Shown here piece by piece: positions 39,182-49,039 of a DNA stretch of 64,000 bases (the stretch's first letter is position 1; every line of letters starts with the position of its first letter). The notes beneath the pieces were generated by a model, which searched no databases, was not told the origin of the DNA, and worked only from the letters and a program-made list of their open reading frames with translations. Made by a program: the position numbers and the translations under genes. The DNA is from Sodaliphilus sp. (GTDB taxonomy: Bacteria; Bacillota_I; Bacilli_A; RFN20; CAG-826): assembly GCA_963643355.1 (NCBI GenBank), contig CAVIJE010000001.1, forward strand, positions 48,378-112,377, given 5' to 3'.

Positions 39182-39859
39182 ATTATCTTCGCTTGTTTTA
39201 ACAATCTTGTAACCAACACCGCGCATCGCTTTGATGGTGACATCAGATTTGATTTGAGCAAGCTTCTTTCTTAAAGAAGACAAATAAGCCCAAACGACGT
39301 TTATTTCTACTTCGGTGTCATATCCCCAAATGTTTTCCATGATACGTTCGGTTGATAGAACCATATTTTTGTTCCTTAAGAGATATTCAAATAAACGATA
39401 TTCGGTATCAGTTAACGGTAATGATCCTTCAGGTGTTCTTATTTCGAATGTATTGTGGTCAAGTTCAAGATTTTCGATCTTGTATGGTTCTAATAAATCA
39501 CCTTTTCTTCTTGTTAATGAACGGATTCTTGCGAGGAATTCTTTCATTGAGAATGGTTTTGTTAAGTAGTCATCTGCACCAGCATCTAATCCTTCAACCT
39601 TGTCATCGACTTGCGATTTAGCGGTAAGAATTAATATTGGTGTATTGTTTCCTTCTTTTCTGATTTGTTGGACTAATTGAATTCCGTCCATTTTTGGCAT
39701 CATCAAATCGGTAATGATGAGTTCGTACATGCTTTGATGAACGCGATTTATGGCTTCTAAACCATTAAATGCCACGTCAACATCGTATTTGTTTGCATTT
39801 AAGACACGAACAATTACGCTTGAGAGATCCTTCTCGTCTTCCACTAATAAGATTTTCAT
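39173..39859 (-). CDS. OmpR-family two-component response regulator. It appears orphan, with no adjacent histidine kinase.
   Basis: N-terminal receiver domain (VEDEKDL...D) and a C-terminal winged-helix domain (RGVGYKI). Confidence 0.85.
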   Translation of the reverse strand: MKILLVEDEKDLSSVIVRVLNANKYDVDVAFNGLEAINRVHQSMYELIITDLMMPKMDGIQLVQQIRKEGNNTPILILTAKSQVDDKVEGLDAGADDYLTKPFSMKEFLARIRSLTRRKGDLLEPYKIENLELDHNTFEIRTPEGSLPLTDTEYRLFEYLLRNKNMVLSTERIMENIWGYDTEVEINVVWAYLSSLRKKLAQIKSDVTIKAMRGVGYKIVKTSEDNEK

Positions 39860-39873
39860 TTTGTTTCCTCCAT

Positions 39874-41196
39874 TTATTTTGTGTTTGCTTTTTTCCAGTC
39901 TTTTATTGCTTTAAGCCTTTCGGCATATTTGCTCTCAAGGCCTTGGTTTCCAGGTTTATAATACTCCTTATTTTTCAAAGAATCAGGTAGACATTGCATT
40001 GCAGCCATTTTTTCTTTCGTATCATGGGCATAAATATACCCTTTTCCATAACCCAATTCCTCCATTAAAGAAGTTGGGGCGTTCCTTATATTCATTGGGA
40101 CAGGCTCATCTAGCATCTTCTTTGCATCTTCTGCAGCTAAGTCATAGCCAACTTCCATCGCGTTTGATTTCGGTGCTAAAGAAAGATAAGTTACAACCTC
40201 TGTTAGGTTTACCGAGCACTCAGGCATTCCAATGAAATGGCATGCTTGATAACCTGCAACGGCAACCTCAAGGGCCCTAGGGTCGGCCATTCCAACATCT
40301 TCAGAAGCAAATCTTATGCAACGCCTAGCAATATATAGCGGTTCTTCGCCAGCTTCAAGCATTCTTGCAAGCCAATATATCGCGGCATCGGGGTCAGAAT
40401 TCCTCATAGACTTATGCAACGCTGAGATAATGTTATAATGTTCCTCGCCTTTTTTATCGTACAAGAATGTCTTTTTAGACGTTATTTGCTCAAGCATTTC
40501 TCTTTTAACGACAACCTTGTCGCCTTGCTTGTCAGAATTTGTGATTAGTATTTCTAAGGTTGATAATGCGTTTCTTGCATCACCGTTAGAGAAGATGGCT
40601 ATATCGTTAAGGATTTGGTCATCGATTTTTATATTTTCGTTGCCAAAACCATTTTCTGAACTAATGGCACGTTTTAATAGCGTGACTATATCATCGACGC
40701 TTAAGGGATTTAGGACGAATACCTTACAGCGGGAAAGCAAAGCGTTATTGATTTCAAATGACGGGTTTTCTGTTGTCGCGCCAATTAAGATTATTGACCC
40801 TCTTTCAACATGTGGCAAGAAAGCGTCTTGCTGAGCTTTGTTGAATCGGTGAATTTCATCTACGAACAAAATCGTTCGATCGCCGAATCTTTTATTTTTA
40901 TCCGCTTCCTCCATAACCGATTTAATTTCTTTGATTCCGGAAGTTACGGCTGAGAAGATAATGAACTTCGATTTGGTTTTGTTAGCGATAATTTCGGCTA
41001 ATGTCGTCTTTCCTACGCCAGGAGGACCCCAGAAAATCATCGATGAAATCTTATCTTCATCAATAAGCTTTCTTAATATCTTCCCTTCGCCGATAAGATT
41101 GTTTTGGCCGACAAACTCATCTAATGTTTTCGGCCTCATCCTTTCTGGTAGAGGGGCATCTATTTTTTTATCGTAAAATAAAGAATCCTGTTCCAT
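39874..41196 (-). CDS. rarA: replication-associated recombination protein A (AAA+ ATPase RarA/MgsA)
   Basis: Walker A (GPPGVGKTT) and Walker B (FVDEIHRFNK), plus sensor motifs and the MgsA C-terminal domain. The probable start is the Met of MEQDSLF (41196); the track ORF extends to 41271. Confidence 0.9.
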   Translation of the reverse strand: MEQDSLFYDKKIDAPLPERMRPKTLDEFVGQNNLIGEGKILRKLIDEDKISSMIFWGPPGVGKTTLAEIIANKTKSKFIIFSAVTSGIKEIKSVMEEADKNKRFGDRTILFVDEIHRFNKAQQDAFLPHVERGSIILIGATTENPSFEINNALLSRCKVFVLNPLSVDDIVTLLKRAISSENGFGNENIKIDDQILNDIAIFSNGDARNALSTLEILITNSDKQGDKVVVKREMLEQITSKKTFLYDKKGEEHYNIISALHKSMRNSDPDAAIYWLARMLEAGEEPLYIARRCIRFASEDVGMADPRALEVAVAGYQACHFIGMPECSVNLTEVVTYLSLAPKSNAMEVGYDLAAEDAKKMLDEPVPMNIRNAPTSLMEELGYGKGYIYAHDTKEKMAAMQCLPDSLKNKEYYKPGNQGLESKYAERLKAIKDWKKANTK

Positions 41197-41339
41197 CCGT
41201 AATATTTTAACAAATTTTATATTAAATATAAAACTAAGACATTTCTTGTTGATGAATTGTAAATATTTCATTTTGAATTTTTGAATTTAACTTTAGTTTT
41301 CCAAGTAATACAATAAATAAAGTTGTCGGAGGAGAAATT

Positions 41340-42038
41340 ATGGCAAAAACAAAAAGAGAAAAAGGAAAACTTTGGAAAGAATTCAAAGAATTTATTAACA
41401 AAGGCAATGCCTTAATGTTGGCCGTCGGTGTCGTCATTGGTGGTGCCTTTAGCGCAATCACAAACGCATTTGTTAACATTTTATTAAGCGTTTGCACCTG
41501 GGCGGTTCCAGGAGGTTTAAAAGGACTTGTTACAGTTCTTCCAGCTTTAAACGACGCACAAAGAGGAATGGATTCAGCTAATGGATTAGGACAATTCTTT
41601 GATGCAACTCAGCTTCAAGACTTGGCGACAAAAGAAGCAGTCGCAACCTATGGCCAAGCAACAGTCGATGAGACCCCAACCCTTATCGAAAACGTTAAAG
41701 CTACAATTCTTGGCAAATACACATTACATGGCACAACATATACCTACAATATGTCTGCTGTCATTGACTGGGGAACATTAATTAACGCCTTCATTTCTTT
41801 CATTATAATTGCTTTAGTTTTATTTGCTGTCGTCAAAGTTGCAAATGCTATCGCGGCAAAGAAAAAGCAAATCGATGCAGAACTTTTGGAAGCATATTAT
41901 CAAAAACATCCAGAAGAAAGACCTGCTCCTGTTGAACCAGGCTTACCTGAACCAACAGAAAAAGAAATCCTTGCTCAAATCCTTCTTGAATTAAAGAAGA
42001 GCAACGGAACTGGTGTTACTCCTACGGAGAATAAATAA
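41340..42038 (+). CDS. mscL: large-conductance mechanosensitive channel homolog with an enlarged periplasmic loop and long C-terminus
   Basis: The N-terminus matches the MscL S1/TM1 consensus ([24 protein letters not shown]). It is 232 aa, against about 130 for canonical MscL. Confidence 0.7.
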   Translation: MAKTKREKGKLWKEFKEFINKGNALMLAVGVVIGGAFSAITNAFVNILLSVCTWAVPGGLKGLVTVLPALNDAQRGMDSANGLGQFFDATQLQDLATKEAVATYGQATVDETPTLIENVKATILGKYTLHGTTYTYNMSAVIDWGTLINAFISFIIIALVLFAVVKVANAIAAKKKQIDAELLEAYYQKHPEERPAPVEPGLPEPTEKEILAQILLELKKSNGTGVTPTENK

Positions 42039-42084
42039 CAATTAAAGTCGACAACTAAATAAATACGGACCATTAAGGCCCGTT

Positions 42085-42969
42085 TTATTTTTCTAAAGAA
42101 TCAACAATGTGCTTAGCGTAGGCTTTAGCAACGTTAATTCCAGTCGTTCTCTCAATTCCATCTAGAAAAGCGTTAGAGTTAACCTCGCATAAAATAGGTT
42201 CGCCATTCTCCCCTTGGAGAAGGTCTATTCCACAATAATCTAGGCCTAGTTCTTTTGCTGCTTTTTCCGCTAAAGTGATATACGCCTCGCCTATTTTTTC
42301 AATTTTACTCTTACCACCCTGGGCAATATTGCTTCGAAAATCCCCGTTATCGTTATAACGTTTCATTCCAGCGATAAACTTTCCACCAACCACAATCATT
42401 CGATAATCAAAGCCAAATGATGAATCGATAAATTCCTGATAAATGTGAGGCTCAGATTTATATTTATTTTCAAAGTCTAGAAGTTCCTCATGATTGTTTA
42501 ACAGGAACACCCCTTTGCCTAGTGAACCATAATTTCGCTTAGCGATTATAGGAAAGGCTAGCTCTTGTTCTACATTTTCTAAAAACGAAGGATCGTTAGA
42601 TAATGAATAATTTAGTGGAGCAGAATATGTTTTTGGCATCTTAATACCTTTATTCGCCAAAAAGATATGCGTAAGCATCTTATCATCGCATAGATAGATA
42701 GCTCTTGAAGAATTAAAAAGCCTTAAACCAGATATTTCCAGCATCTTAGAGATATATCCATCTTTGTCTAAATATAAACAAAATTCATATTGCCCTTTGA
42801 TTTTATTAACTATATCTCCATTTTCGTTAATGTAAGTGAGTAATTCTTGATTGGTCTTTAGCTGAAGTTCAAAGTCTAATTTTGCTAATTCGTCTTTCAT
42901 TCTCGAATAGTAATGAAGACTTGCCTCCGATTTAGCGTAACCATTGATAATGCAAAGAGCTTTTCTCAT
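42085..42969 (-). CDS. ATP-grasp ligase (RimK / LysX-like)
   Basis: 294 aa with the ATP-grasp fold pattern (K..G..G.GV, E.N). Confidence 0.65.
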   Translation of the reverse strand: MRKALCIINGYAKSEASLHYYSRMKDELAKLDFELQLKTNQELLTYINENGDIVNKIKGQYEFCLYLDKDGYISKMLEISGLRLFNSSRAIYLCDDKMLTHIFLANKGIKMPKTYSAPLNYSLSNDPSFLENVEQELAFPIIAKRNYGSLGKGVFLLNNHEELLDFENKYKSEPHIYQEFIDSSFGFDYRMIVVGGKFIAGMKRYNDNGDFRSNIAQGGKSKIEKIGEAYITLAEKAAKELGLDYCGIDLLQGENGEPILCEVNSNAFLDGIERTTGINVAKAYAKHIVDSLEK

Positions 42970-43071
42970 AACGAGTAGTAGTTTAGACCATTTCTAAGAA
43001 ATAATCTTTAAAAAGACACATATTTTTTCTTTATTTTATTCATTATGGCTTAATTATGTTAGAATTTTGAC

Positions 43072-45207
43072 ATGAGTAAAAAAATACAACCAATAACAGC
43101 CCTAAGGGACACAAACAAACTAGAAAATGATCTTAAAGAAAATGATGGATTGATCTACATCACAAAGAACGGGTATGAATCTTTTGTTCTTTTATCGCCT
43201 GAAAATTATGAATTTTTAACAAAATCATATGCAAAACCCCATTATTTAAGTAATGAAAGTAAGAAGGAAAATCAATTTATCTCTAAAGGAAACCCTCAAT
43301 CAGACCCTCTTGGCTTTATCAATGTCAGAGCCTCAACGATCAATGTAGAAGTGGGTGGAGTGAAGCATAACGAAGAAGAGATTATCAAAAAAGTCCATCA
43401 GGCTAACAAAGACAAAATTTCAGTTCTTTGCTTTAATGAACTTTGTCTTACCGCATATACTTGCAATGACATCTTTCAATTTCAAACAATTCTTGATCAA
43501 GTTGAAAAATCAATAACGGCAATCGCTAAAGAAACAAAAGAAGATGATGTTTTTTTTGTTTTTGGCGCTCCGCTAAGAAAAGATAATTCGCTTTATAACT
43601 GTGCGATAGTTGTTTTTAAAGGGAAGATACTTGGCATAGTTCCTAAAACATTCATCCCTAACTATGGTGAATTTTATGAGGCGAGATGGTTCGAATCTGC
43701 CCCAGATGAGAATTCTTTCATTTATATCGAAGGTAACTCTTATCCATTTGGTAAGAAGATGATCTTCATTAACGAGAACTACTTAGATTTAAAAATAGGC
43801 GTTGAAATATGCGAAGACCTTTGGGCACCAAACACCCCATCAACAGACTTAGCTTTGGCTGGAGCCAATCTAATTTTGAATCTTTCGGCATCTAATGAAA
43901 CCGTAGGCAAAGCTAATTACCGCAAAAACTTAGTTAGCATGACCTCAGCCCGCCTTAGATGTGCATACGTTTATGCGGATTCGGGGGATGGCGAATCGAC
44001 AACCGATTTAGTATTTGCTTCACATAATATCATCGCTGAAAATGGAAAAATCCTTGCTGAAACCCCATTATTTTCAATGGAAGATGCCACTGCAACGATT
44101 GATATAGAAAAACTAAATTCCGGTCGAATCAAAACAAATACTTTCAACAATGCATCCGGTTTTGATTTCATCCCATTTGAGCTAGAACTCAATGTACCAG
44201 AGAAAATATTTAGGCACTATTCTAGAAATCCATTCATTCCCGAGCAAAAAGAAATAGACCTTTCAAGAGTTCAAACGATTCTTGATATTCAAGCGATGGG
44301 CTTAGTAAAAAGACTCAAAACCGTTCATCAAAATAAAGCGGTCATAGGTCTTTCAGGCGGACTTGATTCTACTTTAGCTTTATTAGTTGTCGTTGAGGCG
44401 TTCAAAAAACTTAAATACGACCTTAGTGGCATCACGGCTATCACCCTACCCGCATTTGGGACAAGTAAGAGAACACATGATAACGCAAAACTTCTTGCTG
44501 ATGAACTTGGCGTTTCTTTTGAAGAGATAAATATCAAGAATTCCGTTTTGTCTCACTTAAACGACATCAAACATTCTCCAGATGACCATAATGTCGCATA
44601 TGAAAATGCTCAAGCACGTGAAAGAACGCAAGTCTTGATGGATGTAGCCAATGATAGAAATTCCTTAATGATTGGCACTGGTGATTTGTCTGAACTTTGC
44701 CTTGGCTGGTGCACCTATAATGGAGACCATATGTCAATGTATGGTGTTAACGCTTCAATTCCAAAGACGTTGGTTAGATATCTTTGTGAAGGATATGCCA
44801 AATTACATCCTGAAACAGCTCCTGCGCTAAATGACATAATCGACACCCCAATAAGCCCTGAATTGTTACCTACCGATAAAAATGGCAACATTGCTCAAAT
44901 GACTGAAGATAAAGTAGGCCCATATGAATTAAACGATTTCTTCATATATCATTTCCTCAGATTTGGTTATCGTCCAAAGAAAATTCTTAAAATTGCCCTT
45001 GAGGCATATGATGGAAAATACGACAAAGACTATATCAAGAAATGGCTTAAAGCCTTCTTTACGAGGTTTTACCATAACCAATTCAAACGCTCCTGTCTTC
45101 CTGACGGAGCAAAGGTAGGATCGGTCGCTATATCGCCAAGAGGAGACTTAAGAATGCCTTCAGATGCATCTTTAGAAGATTTCTTGAATGAAATCGATGA
45201 ACTTTGA
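43072..45207 (+). CDS. nadE: glutamine-dependent NAD+ synthetase (nitrilase domain plus NAD-synthase domain) with an extra N-terminal Phd/YefM-like domain
   Basis: A C-N hydrolase domain with catalytic Cys (FNELCLTAY...) is followed by a PP-loop synthetase domain (GLSGGLDST). The N-terminal roughly 75 aa precede the normal NadE start and resemble Phd/YefM antitoxins. Confidence 0.85.
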   Translation: MSKKIQPITALRDTNKLENDLKENDGLIYITKNGYESFVLLSPENYEFLTKSYAKPHYLSNESKKENQFISKGNPQSDPLGFINVRASTINVEVGGVKHNEEEIIKKVHQANKDKISVLCFNELCLTAYTCNDIFQFQTILDQVEKSITAIAKETKEDDVFFVFGAPLRKDNSLYNCAIVVFKGKILGIVPKTFIPNYGEFYEARWFESAPDENSFIYIEGNSYPFGKKMIFINENYLDLKIGVEICEDLWAPNTPSTDLALAGANLILNLSASNETVGKANYRKNLVSMTSARLRCAYVYADSGDGESTTDLVFASHNIIAENGKILAETPLFSMEDATATIDIEKLNSGRIKTNTFNNASGFDFIPFELELNVPEKIFRHYSRNPFIPEQKEIDLSRVQTILDIQAMGLVKRLKTVHQNKAVIGLSGGLDSTLALLVVVEAFKKLKYDLSGITAITLPAFGTSKRTHDNAKLLADELGVSFEEINIKNSVLSHLNDIKHSPDDHNVAYENAQARERTQVLMDVANDRNSLMIGTGDLSELCLGWCTYNGDHMSMYGVNASIPKTLVRYLCEGYAKLHPETAPALNDIIDTPISPELLPTDKNGNIAQMTEDKVGPYELNDFFIYHFLRFGYRPKKILKIALEAYDGKYDKDYIKKWLKAFFTRFYHNQFKRSCLPDGAKVGSVAISPRGDLRMPSDASLEDFLNEIDEL

Positions 45208-45245
45208 TGCGCACATAGTCATTTTTAATGTAAGATACTAATAAT

Positions 45246-46133
45246 ATGAAAAAGAATAATGAAGAATTAAAATCAATCGATATTGAAGCAGGTTTAAAGA
45301 AAGAAAAACGCAAGAAAAATCACTTTCTAGAGATTTTGCGTTTTATTGTCACAGGAGTTATTTGCACTCTTATTGACGCAGGCCTTTTCTATGTCTTAAT
45401 GAGATTCGTTTTTAACGGATTGGCAGAAAAAGGCGCCACAGATGGTTATAGTGGCTATGTCGCTTGGGGAATCGCCACCACAATATCTTTCCTTGTCTCT
45501 TGCATTGTTAATTTCTTTATTTCTCGTTTATGGGTCTATCAAAACGTTGATAAGAACATTAACACTAAGAGCGCTAAATCTTTCTGGACTTATGTTGGGT
45601 TATCCGCTTTAGGATGGTTAATTGGTTTAGGCATTCAAGAAGCGGGTGTATTTACTTGCAATACTATTTGGCCTGATATCAATCTTTCTATCGATTTCGT
45701 TAAAGTTTCCTGGTCAGATTTATGGAATCAAGCAGGTCTTGCTTTCTGGGCGTTTGTCGTCATCTTCGTCATTAAAACATGCGTTACTTTAGTTTATAAC
45801 TACTTAACAAGAAAATTCATCATCTTCAAAGAACCAAAGAAGAAAAAAGAAGAATTTGGCAAAGTCAATTCCGCTGAGAATTTAGTTATCACCATTAGCG
45901 AACCCCAAACTCAAAAAGGAAATTCTAATGGAAAAGAGAATAACGCCAATTCAAAGGAAAAGAAGACTAACGTTGTAACGAAATCTTCGTTCCAACAAAT
46001 TTTTAAAGAAGAACTTGAAAAAACATATGGCCCTCAGCAAAAGAGAGTAAACGAAAGTGACGCAATAAAGATTGTTCGTGAAGAAATTGAACATTACAAT
46101 TCCACCCACGGAAGAAGAAAAGGCTCTAAATAA
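45246..46133 (+). CDS. GtrA-family membrane protein with a long Lys/Glu-rich C-terminal tail
   Basis: The four-TM GtrA-like core runs from ILRFIVTGVICTLIDAGLFYVL onward. A hydrophilic tail of about 100 aa is atypical for GtrA. Confidence 0.55.
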   Translation: MKKNNEELKSIDIEAGLKKEKRKKNHFLEILRFIVTGVICTLIDAGLFYVLMRFVFNGLAEKGATDGYSGYVAWGIATTISFLVSCIVNFFISRLWVYQNVDKNINTKSAKSFWTYVGLSALGWLIGLGIQEAGVFTCNTIWPDINLSIDFVKVSWSDLWNQAGLAFWAFVVIFVIKTCVTLVYNYLTRKFIIFKEPKKKKEEFGKVNSAENLVITISEPQTQKGNSNGKENNANSKEKKTNVVTKSSFQQIFKEELEKTYGPQQKRVNESDAIKIVREEIEHYNSTHGRRKGSK

Positions 46134-46138
46134 CCTAT

Positions 46139-47284
46139 ATGAAAATAGCAATTATTGGTTCAGGACCTTCTGGATTATATAGTGCAATTCTTTTAAAAAG
46201 AAACAATCCATCATACGAAATACACGTTTTTGACAAAGAAGAAAAACTGGCTAAAAAGCTATATGCAACAGGCAATGGCCATTGTAATCTTCTTAATAAA
46301 AAACTTTTACCCAATAAATTTAATAATCCACAATATTTCAAAAATATACTAAAAGACTTTCCGTACCCCACTCTTAAAAAGGAATTAAATGATTTAGGCG
46401 TTTCTCTTTTAGAAGATGATGATTATGTCTATCCTCTTTCTTTTCATGCTGGAACATACGTTAAATACCTTCTAAGTTTAGCCGAAAGACTTGGTGTGGT
46501 TTTTCATAACAACGCAAGAATCAACGATTATCGAAAGGCAAATGAAGGATTTGAATTAGAAAACTATGACTATTTTGATAAATTGGTTATTGCAACTGGT
46601 GGAAAATCCTCAAAAAATCTTGGGTCCGATGGTTTATTTTTTGATATTCTCAAAAAACATGGATATCAGGTAAACGATCTTAGGCCTGGATTAGCCCCAC
46701 TAAAAATCAAAGAAAACGTAAAATCATTGCAAGGCGTAAGGCATCACGCTTTAATTAAAGCAAGCGTTGATAACAAACAAATTTTTCAAGAAGAAGGAGA
46801 ACTGCTTTTCAAAAAAGATGGTCTTTCTGGCATCGTTATTTTTAATGCTGAAAGTGCAATATATCGGGTACGTGTAGTGAAAAATCCAAAAATTTCCGTT
46901 GATTTATTCCCTGAATTATCTCTTTATAATCTTTGCGATATTTTGTTGAAAGCGAAAGAAAATAACCCAAAAAATTACCTCTCTTCAATCCTTCCTTTGC
47001 CTTTAGAGAATTACATTCTTTCATTATGTAAAAACCAAGATGTTTCAAATATTGCCACTAACCTCAAACATTTAATTTTTACCGTTACCGGATCATATGG
47101 GTTTGATGATTCACAGGTTAGCATTGGCGGCGTTTCTTTAAATGAGGTTTCGCCATTCCTTGAATCGAATAAAGAACGTGGACTTTATATTATTGGCGAA
47201 GCCTTAGATATCGATGGGAATTGTGGTGGCTACAACCTAACTTGGTCCTTAATAAGCGCGCTTCTTATTAGCAAACACATTTAA
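46139..47284 (+). CDS. HI0933-like FAD-dependent flavoprotein (aminoacetone-oxidase family)
   Basis: N-terminal dinucleotide-binding motif IAIIGSGPSG, and the overall HI0933 pattern. Confidence 0.8.
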   Translation: MKIAIIGSGPSGLYSAILLKRNNPSYEIHVFDKEEKLAKKLYATGNGHCNLLNKKLLPNKFNNPQYFKNILKDFPYPTLKKELNDLGVSLLEDDDYVYPLSFHAGTYVKYLLSLAERLGVVFHNNARINDYRKANEGFELENYDYFDKLVIATGGKSSKNLGSDGLFFDILKKHGYQVNDLRPGLAPLKIKENVKSLQGVRHHALIKASVDNKQIFQEEGELLFKKDGLSGIVIFNAESAIYRVRVVKNPKISVDLFPELSLYNLCDILLKAKENNPKNYLSSILPLPLENYILSLCKNQDVSNIATNLKHLIFTVTGSYGFDDSQVSIGGVSLNEVSPFLESNKERGLYIIGEALDIDGNCGGYNLTWSLISALLISKHI

Positions 47285-47438
47285 TTTGTCCTTAAAAAAT
47301 AAACTTAAAACGACTTATTTTGCATTTTTCTTGCTAAAAAGATGAAAATCTTCATTGACTATCTATTATAGATAGACTTTAATTTATACGTTGTATCTCG
47401 AGAATTCTTTTTGAATCTTGAGTGTTATGAGGTGCATT

Positions 47439-48416
47439 ATGAAATATACGTCTACATCAAGAACATTATCACTCATTGCTCATGCTTTGATTTTCTTAGC
47501 GTTTGGCTTTATGGGAATTTGGTTTGGATTTTTTGTCGTTCCACAATATTTAGGCAGTACCCCTGCTTATTGGTATACCATTGATGGAACTAGCCTTGGC
47601 TTTAATACCAACGGTGCTTTCTTCCTATGGTTTGAACTTGCCGTAATTGGCCTTGGATTCATGGTTATTTCCGCGATCGGTTTCTATCACGCTCTTAAAT
47701 CTTTAAAAGACGTACATGATGATGAACCAGCCGTTCGTTCCTTCATCGCTTTAATAAATGAAGGATGGATTGCCGCAGTATTCTTCCTCTTACAAGCTTC
47801 CTTACTTTGGGATTTAACGGCAAATGGCAACATCGCCTTTGTCATCATTATGGCCATTATCATCGCTATTATTCTCTTAATTGCCACCAATATTCCAATG
47901 GTTAAAATCTTTGATCAAAGGGATCAAAAACCATTGTTACGCGCATTTATCGGATCTGCTGCAATTATCTTAGTCATTACTGCTATAGAAGGCGCTCTTG
48001 GCTTAGTTGGCGCTTCCACCTGGGCAAACCAAAAGGTTCAAGTTAGCCAATTATTAATTGTCATCATTGCTTCTAGCTTTATTGCTGCATTATTTGCTTT
48101 CTTTGGCTGGTTGGTAATGGGCAAAAACAACACTGAAAAAGGAACAAAAGTTGCTACATATTTAGCTGCTGGTGCTCTTGTATTCGTTGCTGCAGGCTTA
48201 ATGGTTTATGGCATCATGGATATTTGCTATCAATATGCTCCAGGCTCAAGCACTGTTGTCCTCAACGTTCACCTCTACAACAAAGACTTAAGCTTTGACT
48301 TAGGCTTTGGAATCATGAGCATCGTTCTTGGCTCTTTATCCTTAATTGGTTCCTTGGTTCTTGCATATTTTGCAAATCACGAAGCTCCTAAGGCATTAAA
48401 AAACATTGAATATTAA
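47439..48416 (+). CDS. hypothetical multi-pass membrane protein
   Basis: About 8 TM helices. The probable start is MKYTSTS. A palindromic operator-like sequence sits in its promoter. Confidence 0.5.
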   Translation: MKYTSTSRTLSLIAHALIFLAFGFMGIWFGFFVVPQYLGSTPAYWYTIDGTSLGFNTNGAFFLWFELAVIGLGFMVISAIGFYHALKSLKDVHDDEPAVRSFIALINEGWIAAVFFLLQASLLWDLTANGNIAFVIIMAIIIAIILLIATNIPMVKIFDQRDQKPLLRAFIGSAAIILVITAIEGALGLVGASTWANQKVQVSQLLIVIIASSFIAALFAFFGWLVMGKNNTEKGTKVATYLAAGALVFVAAGLMVYGIMDICYQYAPGSSTVVLNVHLYNKDLSFDLGFGIMSIVLGSLSLIGSLVLAYFANHEAPKALKNIEY

Positions 48417-48463
48417 TATTCTTTAATAACAAAACAAAAAGGCTCACAAATAATGTGAGCCTT

Positions 48464-49009
48464 TTAATTTCCTAATGCCGTCTTTGCTTCGCTAGATATA
48501 TCTCTTATATAAATGACTTCATCGTAGAGATTCTCGATTTCCTTCGAAGGGATTTCATATTCATCCTTTAATTTTTGCATAATGTCCATTGGAACTTTTC
48601 TAGTGCGCATGGAATTTTGAAAAACGGATACTTCAAAGGGGATATCGAAAACAACCAAGACATGCTTATCAAAATCAGGCGTTAATTCGTAATACATCTT
48701 TCTTAGTCTATTGCTTAGATGCGTTGCATCAGCAATAACGGTTAAGTCTTCCATATCCGAAACATGCTCATTTAAGCGTTCATTAAAAATTTTCCAGACT
48801 CTTTTTTCGTCTATGAAGCATTCTTCTGAACCGAAAAGTTCTTTTCTTATGGCGTCAGATGCAACAATAAACGTATTTTCATGCTCTTTTTGATACTTAT
48901 TAGCCCAGGTAGATTTTCCACTTCCGGGGATAGCAGATAAAAGTATCAATGTTCTCATACTGCAATAGTTTAAGGCAATTGCTTGCAATTGTGAACGCTC
49001 TTTAATCAT
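48464..49009 (-). CDS. small P-loop kinase (AAA_33-like), paralog of 33271..33747
   Basis: Walker A (AIPGSGKST). Shared blocks WANKYQKEHENTFIV and WCKEYQKTHENVFII. An alternative start is the Met of MRTLIL, at about 48958. Confidence 0.6.
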   Translation of the reverse strand: MIKERSQLQAIALNYCSMRTLILLSAIPGSGKSTWANKYQKEHENTFIVASDAIRKELFGSEECFIDEKRVWKIFNERLNEHVSDMEDLTVIADATHLSNRLRKMYYELTPDFDKHVLVVFDIPFEVSVFQNSMRTRKVPMDIMQKLKDEYEIPSKEIENLYDEVIYIRDISSEAKTALGN

Positions 49010-49039
49010 TTTTAAGCGTTATCGTATAATATTTTCGTT

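Noticed and set aside
42040-42090. Possible terminator between mscL and the convergent ATP-grasp gene
   Set aside because: Only a weak 4-bp stem (ACGG...CCGT) with a T-run. Not convincing enough to list as a feature.
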